Source: a virus
Taxonomy: Duplodnaviria; Caudoviricetes
Virus record (IMG/VR): IMGVR_UViG_3300033463_000038
Location: 1 to 64,000 of that record
Direction: 5' to 3' (one strand)
DNA: 64,000 nucleotides
Positions 56,733 to 64,000 of the stretch are shown here, piece by piece; position 1 is the first letter of the stretch; each line of letters begins with the position of its first letter. The notes under the pieces are model-generated. The model did no database searches. It was not told the DNA's origin and saw nothing but the letters and a program-made list of their open reading frames with translations. The translations under genes and the position numbers were made by a program.

Positions 56733-57786
56733 ACGAGCTGAACACCTTGACTTTGTCACTGATATCTGAGCTGTCGTCGATATACTTCTTTGCTAGACTC
56801 AGCAGAGTGATTTTCGAGACATCGATCTTCTCTATCGATGTCTTTTCTTCTCTGCGCTGGTAGATCGGATTGACAGGATACGCTGGCTCGTAGCTTTCGA
56901 TCTTCTCAAGGTACTCGTTCACCTTGTTCATGTATTTCGAATCTTCCCAACCGATCTCGACATCAATTATGTTGCCCTGAATGAAGGTCTTTGGATCCTC
57001 GGGCATATCTGGGTACTTGAGCTTCTTGTACTCGATGCAGTGCTCGTTACGGATAAATTCCATCTCTTCCGTGTAAGTGTCGAGAATGTAGAATCCTTTA
57101 TCTTCGATCTCGGAGCGATTGAGCTGGTATGGAGAGCCCAAATAGGTCAGTTTGCAGTCACCCTGTGTAGTTTCCGAGTGAATGTGATAATGGCCCGTAT
57201 AGATGTGTTTCCAGTGCTTAAACAGCTCTTCTTTGTCGAATCCTTGCTCGGCGCGGTTGTTGAAGATGTCCATCTTTGCGCCTAGCACGTCCAAGTGACC
57301 GAATAGGCGCGTAATTCCACTCGTCATCGTGTGCTTTTTCTCGACAGTGTTTCTGAACTCTTCGTAGTCCGTAACCCACGGCAGAAGGAGTGTGTCGTGA
57401 TCTCTTCCCTCTTCTATGCAACGCTGAGGATCGAGACTAATTCTCAACGGCCTATCTATGATGCACACGTTCTTGATGCGGTCCAATACGACCAACGAAC
57501 TAATGTCCATCGAATTCTTGTAATAGAGGTCGTGATTGCCGAGAATGATGTACCAGATCACTTCGCCCTCGTGTCGCTTGAAGAAGTCGATCACTCTGTT
57601 TATCGTCAAAACGTTCACTGCATGACGAGTGTCGAACAGGTCGCCCAGAACGAAGATTTTCTCTATTCCTCGCTCTTTGCAGTCGTTGACCATCTGCTCC
57701 ATGAATGCGAATTGAGAATCTTGGAATTTCTTGTCTGAATCTTTTACGCCAAAGTGGATGTCGCTAACTAGGGCTACCTTGCTCAT
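56698..57786 (-). CDS. gp47: Mre11/SbcD-like recombination nuclease
   Basis: SDIHFG, LGDLFD, GNHD, GHL, TGHYH, YLGSPYQL. Confidence 0.93.
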   Translation of the reverse strand: MSKVALVSDIHFGVKDSDKKFQDSQFAFMEQMVNDCKERGIEKIFVLGDLFDTRHAVNVLTINRVIDFFKRHEGEVIWYIILGNHDLYYKNSMDISSLVVLDRIKNVCIIDRPLRISLDPQRCIEEGRDHDTLLLPWVTDYEEFRNTVEKKHTMTSGITRLFGHLDVLGAKMDIFNNRAEQGFDKEELFKHWKHIYTGHYHIHSETTQGDCKLTYLGSPYQLNRSEIEDKGFYILDTYTEEMEFIRNEHCIEYKKLKYPDMPEDPKTFIQGNIIDVEIGWEDSKYMNKVNEYLEKIESYEPAYPVNPIYQRREEKTSIEKIDVSKITLLSLAKKYIDDSSDISDKVKVFSSFKELYQRHSIQ

Positions 57787-59545
57787 TTCTATCCTTTACC
57801 AACTGGCTGAAGCAGCCCTTCTTCTGGACTCTCAGCGTCTCGAACTTATATTGTATTTGACTAAAATTTAGATCATTTAGCTTGTGAGAAATTAGGTACA
57901 CGCCGAGATTGCTGTCGCCTTGAATCATCGTGATCAGCTCTTTCAGGAAGTCCGTAATGCCTTCGCCGTCGATGCCAGTGTCGAAGATCTCGTCCATGAA
58001 CAGAATAGAGCTAGACCAGTTAGACAGCTGTTTAGCGATATCGTAGAACGTGAGCAGCATAGCGACGTTCACTCTCGTCTTCTCGCCGTTCGATAGTCCG
58101 TTGTATTCCATTTCGAACGCGCCACGAGTGAGCGTATACTCGAGCATGCTGTCGAAAATGACTTCGACGTTCAAGCCGAACTTCTTGATGTACTCGTTGA
58201 TCTTGAGATTCAGAATCGGAACGATCTCCTCGAAGAAGTAGCGCTTGATTCCGCTGTCCGACAGAATCGTGATGAGATCCGTTGCGATCGCAATTCTCTC
58301 TGAGGTGTCGTCGAGAGTGTCGTTGCAGATTTTGAGCTGCTTTCGATACTCTTCTACGCGCTTTCTCTGGTCGGTCGGATCGAACCCGTTTGTCTCAGCC
58401 TCGATCTCTCTATACTGCTGCTCGTCGTAAGAAATGCCACGTTTCAATCCCTCGATGACCGTCTGCTCTGTCGAAATTCTGCTCTTCACTTTTTCGTAAA
58501 AAGCCTTAGAGTTGCGCATCTTCTCAGCGCTTTCCTCGTCTGCTTTCTGCTTCTCGTTCAGAGTGTCGTAGAATCTCTGCTCCATGTTGATCTCTGCGAG
58601 AATTCCGTCGAAATACTCTTTCGCGTGATCCGAGCAAAAATCTGTCCCGCATATCGGACACTTGTTCTTATCGTGGAAGTCGTAAATCTTCGTAAGGCTC
58701 GTCACCTTCGCCTTGTGATCTGCGAGTCCAGAGACGCGCTCACGGATCCTCGTCATCGTGTCATCGAGTTCCGCAAAGTCGGACTCGAGTTCGGCGCACT
58801 TCTCTTCGCACTTTTGAATGTTGCTCTCATGCTTCACCAAGTCGGATTTCTGCTGTTCGATATGCTCTTTCACCTTCTCTAGCCTGTCCGCTTTGTTCGT
58901 TTCGAAATTGCGGCTCTTCTGCTCCATGTCAGCGATGATCTGGATCAAGTCGTCTATCGAGTTCTCGAGGCCCTTCTTAGTTGCGCTCATCGTCTTGATG
59001 GTGATGTTGTCGTTAGAGCGTCGTTCCTTCACCTCGTCGAGCATATCCGCGATGTTCGTGAGTCCGAATATCGTCTCGAGCAGCTCCCTTCTATCTGACA
59101 GACACATATTGAAGAACGGCACGTTCGAGATTGCGCCGATACACATCACATTCTTGAACAGCAGATATTTGACGCCGAGCAGTTTGTCGATCTCGAGCTG
59201 ATTGAGCTTCTTCGAGCTCAGCGCCTCTACCATCTCTCCGTTCTTGTACAGTTCGAACTTAGACGGCGCAAGGCCTCTCAGCATGCGGTAGGAATCCTTG
59301 CCGATGTCGAACTGGATCTCTACCTCTAAGTGGCGCTTATTGATGTAGTTTACCAGGCTCTTCATTTTGATGTCACGATAGGGCTTACCGAAGAGCACGA
59401 ACGAGATAGCGTCAACGATTGTCGATTTTCCTGCGCCGTTCTGAGCGTTGATCAGGTTGAGTTTGTTGTTGAAGTTCAGGGTAGTCCACCCGTTGCCATA
59501 GGACAGGAAGTTCTTGAACTTGAGCGTATTAAACTTGATATACAT
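57764..59545 (-). CDS. gp46: Rad50/SbcC-like recombination ATPase
   Basis: FKNFLSYGN, NGAGKST, LFGKPYR, CPIC hook, LSNGEK.R, MDEIFD, ISH; start reassigned to MYIKF. Confidence 0.93.
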   Translation of the reverse strand: MYIKFNTLKFKNFLSYGNGWTTLNFNNKLNLINAQNGAGKSTIVDAISFVLFGKPYRDIKMKSLVNYINKRHLEVEIQFDIGKDSYRMLRGLAPSKFELYKNGEMVEALSSKKLNQLEIDKLLGVKYLLFKNVMCIGAISNVPFFNMCLSDRRELLETIFGLTNIADMLDEVKERRSNDNITIKTMSATKKGLENSIDDLIQIIADMEQKSRNFETNKADRLEKVKEHIEQQKSDLVKHESNIQKCEEKCAELESDFAELDDTMTRIRERVSGLADHKAKVTSLTKIYDFHDKNKCPICGTDFCSDHAKEYFDGILAEINMEQRFYDTLNEKQKADEESAEKMRNSKAFYEKVKSRISTEQTVIEGLKRGISYDEQQYREIEAETNGFDPTDQRKRVEEYRKQLKICNDTLDDTSERIAIATDLITILSDSGIKRYFFEEIVPILNLKINEYIKKFGLNVEVIFDSMLEYTLTRGAFEMEYNGLSNGEKTRVNVAMLLTFYDIAKQLSNWSSSILFMDEIFDTGIDGEGITDFLKELITMIQGDSNLGVYLISHKLNDLNFSQIQYKFETLRVQKKGCFSQLVKDRNEQGSPS

Positions 59546-59598
59546 TTCGACAGTAAATATAAAATTCCTATTTTTACGCAAATTTCGAGCTTTCTGGG

Positions 59599-59627
59599 TT
59601 TAGAAAATCGTCAAAATTTGCTATATT
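59599..59627 (+). promoter_or_regulatory. early promoter
   Basis: gggTTTAGA-N17-TATATT. Confidence 0.8.
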
Positions 59628-59657
59628 GTATATGTAAACTTTGAAAGGAACTCAACT

Positions 59658-59840
59658 ATGAGCGATGAAGACAAGAAGCTGCTTATGGAGAAAATCAAAA
59701 AGTATGGCGAGTTGATGGCAGAAGGACGCTATTTTGCTGCTCGTCATAACCTCAAATTGATCGAAAAGTCGATCAAAACTGACAAAGAACAGTTCTTCGA
59801 TTGGGTGGACGAGAATAATGGATCAATTCGCAGATACTAG
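59658..59840 (+). CDS. hypothetical early protein
   Basis: AAAGGA SD. Confidence 0.7.
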   Translation: MSDEDKKLLMEKIKKYGELMAEGRYFAARHNLKLIEKSIKTDKEQFFDWVDENNGSIRRY

Positions 59841-60033
59841 AAAACCTTATTTCAGCGAGCGCACTAGTGAGATGGTGTGCCCATACTGTGGCTACATTCA
59901 CGAGTGCAGTGAAGAGCTGTCTAGCGACAGCAGTGAGTACGAGTGCGAAGTATGTGGCCGCGAATTTCACTACGAAAGAGAAACTGAAGTGTACTATAGC
60001 ACTTACCGCAAAGAGGATAAAGAAGAATGCTAG
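59818..60033 (+). CDS. zinc-ribbon protein
   Basis: CPYCG...CEVCG. Confidence 0.7.
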   Translation: MDQFADTRKPYFSERTSEMVCPYCGYIHECSEELSSDSSEYECEVCGREFHYERETEVYYSTYRKEDKEEC

Positions 60034-60344
60034 GCTACGATTCTTATAGCAGAGAGGATCTCGAGTCTATGCTCGACAAAGAGCGCGAGAAGGTAAAAGA
60101 GCTCGAAAAGAAGATTGAAGATATGCAAGCCAACGAGTATGTCCGTTCAGTCGATGACGGAATGGAGATCCGTCGTTTGCACCGCTGCGTAGTCCGAATG
60201 ACAAGACAGTGGCTTAGCGCAGTCGACGACATGTATAGCCGTCTAGACGACGTTCACGGACTCGACGACCAAGATGTCTTAGACTGGGACAAAGTAACAA
60301 CCCTTCACGAAAAGTTGAAGAAAGTTTTAGAAAAGTGGAAGTGA
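60027..60344 (+). CDS. hypothetical coiled-coil protein
   Basis: ORF track, GAGG SD. Confidence 0.7.
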   Translation: MLGYDSYSREDLESMLDKEREKVKELEKKIEDMQANEYVRSVDDGMEIRRLHRCVVRMTRQWLSAVDDMYSRLDDVHGLDDQDVLDWDKVTTLHEKLKKVLEKWK

Positions 60345-60345
60345 T

Positions 60346-60756
60346 ATGCTCAAAGAAGACTTTTTGAAATTTCAGGAAATGGCGCTCGAAGATGTAGTGA
60401 TGCCAGAGAACCCGGACGACATTCTGGAAAAGAATATGCAGATTCCGGGTATGAAGCAGAAGTATATCGACGCTTACCGCAAACAAGTAGCAGTCGTAGC
60501 TACACTAGAGACCAAGTTGGAAGAAGCTACAGCTCGAGCGAAGAACAAGTTGAAGGACGGCGGATACGCTTACACAGCGAAGGAAGCAACAGAGCAGACT
60601 GCGCTCGACGACGAGGTCGCAAAGATCAATCGTGCTTTGATCGAGCAGCGCTACTACATGGGTTGGCTCGAAGACACAGCAGCTAACATCACTTCACTGT
60701 CTTTCACGATCAAAAACTGGTTGAAGTGGAAAGAGATCATCTCTACCAACTACTAA
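60346..60756 (+). CDS. uvsY: recombination mediator UvsY
   Basis: 136 aa; IP....KY...Y, D.EV.K, I....F.IKN...W. Confidence 0.7.
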   Translation: MLKEDFLKFQEMALEDVVMPENPDDILEKNMQIPGMKQKYIDAYRKQVAVVATLETKLEEATARAKNKLKDGGYAYTAKEATEQTALDDEVAKINRALIEQRYYMGWLEDTAANITSLSFTIKNWLKWKEIISTNY

Positions 60757-60810
60757 GAGGTAAGTATGAGTAAGAGAGTTTCTAGAACGCTTAGCTAAAG
60801 AGATTACTTA

Positions 60811-61620
60811 TTAAGCCTTGACGTTAGTGTTTCCGCCGTTAGTAGGAGCACCAGTCACGAAACAGAAGGGATGAGCGCAGACCAACGTCTTCAGACTATT
60901 TCTACCCAGATTGACGTCTCCTAGAACAGCGTCTATGTTGACGTCTTTCCTCGCATTCAAGTTTACTACGCCGTTAGCTGTCAAGTCGAAATCTCCTTCG
61001 AGAGTAACTGACATCTTTGCAGCTCCATCCGTGTCAATCTTCTTGGACAGACTCTGTTCAACCGATATGCTGCCATTTGGATCAATCTGAATCTTCAATC
61101 CAGAACGATGATTTATCTTCATCAAACCAGTCTTTCGATTGAGCGTTACTCCTTCACCGTCGTCTGTCTTCATCAAGACCATCGTATTCGGATAGTCTGA
61201 ATTGACTGCGTCGTCCATGATGCTCTCACCTGGACTTCTCATTCCAAGGAATGATTCTACCGCTGCTACCAACGGGTTCTCTGCAGTGATTATTCCTGTG
61301 TAGATCGGCTTCATCAAGTCGCCGTTCTCGAAGTATCCTCGTACTATCGAATCAACGGGAGGAACGACTAGGTTAGAAGAGCTCGCTCCAAGATATGTTC
61401 CTTCTGGAATAGCCCACGGAAGCACTTCATCTTGAACATTGTCATAGTAGCCGAAGATTCGGATTCGTACTCTACCAAGCTTCAGAGAATCATTGTTGTT
61501 TACAACCTTTCCAGTCCATCGATCATGATTTTTCTCATTGCTTGATGCAGCGATATCGAAACCTTCCATAGGATCTTCAGTGATATTTCCATATCTCTCT
61601 GCTAACTCTTCATCTCTCAT
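60811..61620 (-). CDS. gp5: baseplate central spike (gp5 OB-fold, no lysozyme domain)
   Basis: G.VVNNND.LKLGRVRIRIFG, LPWA, VPP..S.V...F..GD...P.Y; H.SG..I.I..NG; 269 aa. Confidence 0.82.
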   Translation of the reverse strand: MRDEELAERYGNITEDPMEGFDIAASSNEKNHDRWTGKVVNNNDSLKLGRVRIRIFGYYDNVQDEVLPWAIPEGTYLGASSSNLVVPPVDSIVRGYFENGDLMKPIYTGIITAENPLVAAVESFLGMRSPGESIMDDAVNSDYPNTMVLMKTDDGEGVTLNRKTGLMKINHRSGLKIQIDPNGSISVEQSLSKKIDTDGAAKMSVTLEGDFDLTANGVVNLNARKDVNIDAVLGDVNLGRNSLKTLVCAHPFCFVTGAPTNGGNTNVKA

Positions 61621-62477
61621 CGACTGACTCCTTTAGGTTTACTTCCCTTCTTGAGATTCTCCGATTCCTTCTGCGCCATATCGTTTACTGTAGCGATAAG
61701 AAGCTCTACTTCGTTGTACGGCATATCGTCATTGATCACGACACCGCAGTATTTGCTGACCTGAATCTGGTTTCTGATCATCGTAATCGTATTTACGCGA
61801 TTGAATAGATTTATATCTCGGATATCGACTCCTACTCTCAACTCTCTTCCGCAGTCAGTACAGATCAAATTAGTCCATGACTCGATACCGAACATCGCAT
61901 CTTCGGCTAAATGTTTCAATTTAGAGAACGTGTCTGCTGGTAGTTCTAGAATGTCACTCTCTATGTTCTCGTTGTCGAAATGATCGGCTATGTCGGTCCA
62001 GTTCAAGATGTTCTCGATGTCGTGATCCTTCGATACGTACTTTTTGTCAGAAATCTTTCTGTGTACGCCAGAGATCTTCACACCTCCGATATAGATGCTT
62101 CTCAGTACGCTCTCATCGATATTCTTGACATGAAGGCTGCTCATCTGGAATTCTGAGCTAACCCTAGATCTACAATATGGACACACAAATTCAGTCTGGT
62201 AGCTGTTAGAGAGCTGAAACGTGTTGGTCCTCAGATAGAATACCAACGTTAGCCGATCTCCTTCGAGAATGTCTTTGAATTCCAGATTCTCTATCAGCAA
62301 GCATCTCTCAAGGATCGAATTCACCATCTGCCTAGAGTTCTTTTCGTTAATAGCAGCTAGAAATTTGAGATCTCTGACATTGAGACATCGAAACTTTATG
62401 GTAGCGCTCTCTGGATATTCTTTTCCTCTGCTCGGCAGTGCAGCCAAAGGTATATCCCAATAGTTGAATTCGTTCAT
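61617..62477 (-). CDS. gp26: baseplate hub assembly protein (gp26-like, gp51-like C-terminus)
   Basis: LPSRG..Y, D...L...LR, CPYC, CTDCG, DMPYNE.E. Confidence 0.7.
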   Translation of the reverse strand: MNEFNYWDIPLAALPSRGKEYPESATIKFRCLNVRDLKFLAAINEKNSRQMVNSILERCLLIENLEFKDILEGDRLTLVFYLRTNTFQLSNSYQTEFVCPYCRSRVSSEFQMSSLHVKNIDESVLRSIYIGGVKISGVHRKISDKKYVSKDHDIENILNWTDIADHFDNENIESDILELPADTFSKLKHLAEDAMFGIESWTNLICTDCGRELRVGVDIRDINLFNRVNTITMIRNQIQVSKYCGVVINDDMPYNEVELLIATVNDMAQKESENLKKGSKPKGVSR

Positions 62478-62524
62478 GAGTTATATTCGATCCATGTATA
62501 TAAGAATATATAGCGAGGTTTGAA

Positions 62525-63547
62525 ATGTCAGAGAGCAACTGGAAGACTGAAGGATATAATCCGGAAGAGCATGGCTGGTGGAAAGCCACACTTGACGATA
62601 AAGATAATCTGGGTTATCCGACTGGCTATTACTATGCTGACACTATGCGAGCAATCATGGTCGCATTCACTAAATTCTTCAACGACGTGTATGTGATCCG
62701 ATACGACGAACAGGGTTATCCCAGAAAGAGCATTAGAGTTCCGATCAAGTTCGGTCCGAGATCGAAGGCTCACGACTTCAGAAAAGAAGAAGAGTCTGGA
62801 GAGGATTACACTATTCCTCTACCGAACATGTACTACAAGTTCACTGGTTTCCAGTACGACAGCACTAGAGCTGCATCTTCGAATTCGATACGCACATTCT
62901 ATGAGAACTATCTCTTGTCTAAAGGAATCGAAGAGGGCGAGTGTCAGCTTCTATGGGAGGACACTCAGCCAGTTCCATACAACATCACTTTCGAGATGAC
63001 CGCAAAAACTGAGCTCTTCGCAGATCTACTGCAGATCATCGAGCAGATATCTTCGAGATTCAATCCAGACGCATTCCTGTTCATCAAGGAATTCTGGTTC
63101 ATGAACATCCGTAGAGATATCAAGATGAAGCTAGACAGCGTCTCGATAGACTTTCAGGACGAGTTTGGAGAGCAAGATAAGCGAGAGCTAGAAGCTAAAT
63201 TCTCTTTCACGATCGAGGGCCAGGTCTACACGAAGATCGAGCATGGCGCTATCATCGACCGCATCATCGCTGTTCTGAATCCTGCTATCGCAGTATACAA
63301 GGACGGATCCGACGTTCCAGACAGATACAAGTCGATCATCGACGTATCAGGAAACTACAGAGAAGAGCCAGGAACATACGATCCAGATACGAACACTTGG
63401 CAAGGCAGCATGACGGATCGCTACGATTTCGCTAACGTAACAGAGGAAAGCATCACGAATTCTGGACGTAAGGATTTCCTAAATAGCGCAAACGAGAAGG
63501 TCGATACCCAGTGGGCTAGCAGACATACTATCGAAGATGCTCAATAA
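62525..63547 (+). CDS. gp15: tail terminator / sheath stabiliser
   Basis: YY....R....AF...FND..V.R, VPI.FGP..K, LP.M, PVPYNI.F, QIIEQI...F.P. Confidence 0.88.
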   Translation: MSESNWKTEGYNPEEHGWWKATLDDKDNLGYPTGYYYADTMRAIMVAFTKFFNDVYVIRYDEQGYPRKSIRVPIKFGPRSKAHDFRKEEESGEDYTIPLPNMYYKFTGFQYDSTRAASSNSIRTFYENYLLSKGIEEGECQLLWEDTQPVPYNITFEMTAKTELFADLLQIIEQISSRFNPDAFLFIKEFWFMNIRRDIKMKLDSVSIDFQDEFGEQDKRELEAKFSFTIEGQVYTKIEHGAIIDRIIAVLNPAIAVYKDGSDVPDRYKSIIDVSGNYREEPGTYDPDTNTWQGSMTDRYDFANVTEESITNSGRKDFLNSANEKVDTQWASRHTIEDAQ

Positions 63548-63590
63548 ATCACTATAAATAAGCTGTAAAGACTGAAAGAAGAGTACCCTA

Positions 63591-64000
63591 ATGGAAGATC
63601 AAGCTAGAAGATTAAAGGAGCTTAAATCGTCGCTAGACCGCATTGGCGATCTGGTTCTCTGGAATACGGAGAAATTAGGCACAATTATCGCTTCTGAAAG
63701 CAAAGACGAGCAAAAATCGATGAATCTCGTATATGGCAACATCGTCGACAGCATAAAGTCAGAGACGGAGCCTTTGAGAAACATAGTCATCGACCTGAAG
63801 TACTACTTCGATCGTCAAAATAACGAGATCACAGCGATTCTCAAGAATTCTTCTGTAATCATAGATACTGTCAAAGCTTCTGTAAAGAACGAAGATGAGC
63901 GTAACGCTGTCGAAGCGGATATCGAACGCAAGAACTCATTAGTTACGACAAGTCCAGTCGTAGAGAGCGTAGGAAAAGTCCAATCTACGGGTCTCGATCC
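63591..64000 (+). CDS. late gene, truncated by window end (coiled coil, possibly tape measure)
   Basis: TATAAATA 63553; MEDQARRLKELKSSLDRIGD... open to window end. Confidence 0.6.
   Translation, partial: MEDQARRLKELKSSLDRIGDLVLWNTEKLGTIIASESKDEQKSMNLVYGNIVDSIKSETEPLRNIVIDLKYYFDRQNNEITAILKNSSVIIDTVKASVKNEDERNAVEADIERKNSLVTTSPVVESVGKVQSTGLD

Noticed and set aside
60767-60799. SD-led 10-codon ORF MSKRVSRTLS after uvsY
   Set aside because: Too short to support; may be a gene remnant
1-64000. Stop-codon reassignment
   Set aside because: Core genes are full length in code 11 and end in TAA, TAG and TGA at expected positions; the short TerL is explained by the intein fragment
1-64000. CRISPR array, tRNA genes, diversity-generating retroelement
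   Set aside because: No regularly spaced repeats, cloverleafs, reverse transcriptase or TR/VR pair seen; repeated intergenic motifs are promoters and RBSs

Overview
A 64 kb piece of a large T4-like (Tevenvirinae-related but highly divergent) myophage genome, read in the standard genetic code. A class III RNR points to an anaerobic host; the fibre motifs resemble rumen/gut phages, but the host cannot be determined from this window. Recognisable core genes, in a strongly shuffled order: replication/recombination (UvsX, gp41, gp33/gp59-like, gp32, gp61, gp46/47, UvsY, bacterial-type GyrB- and GyrA-like topoisomerase subunits), head (gp4, gp20, gp16, gp22, gp23, gp2), neck/tail (gp6, gp19, gp13, gp14, gp5, gp26, gp15), late sigma gp55, IF-1, NrdH-NrdD, two glycosyltransferases and a MoxR/vWA pair. 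Two promoter classes are readable: early TTTAGA-N17-TATATT (10 copies) and late TATAAATA. Main points of interest: (1) the large terminase is a split gene whose N-half ends in a 32-aa atypical split-intein N-fragment; (2) a second, intein-less, ATPase-only terminase paralogue stops at the same domain boundary; (3) several transcript 3' ends carry sequences antisense to ribosome-binding sites, one complementary to the phage's own early-gene RBS motif; (4) a candidate modular head-fibre chain; (5) a 20-bp bidirectional leaderless promoter. All product calls come from motif recognition by eye, not database searches.
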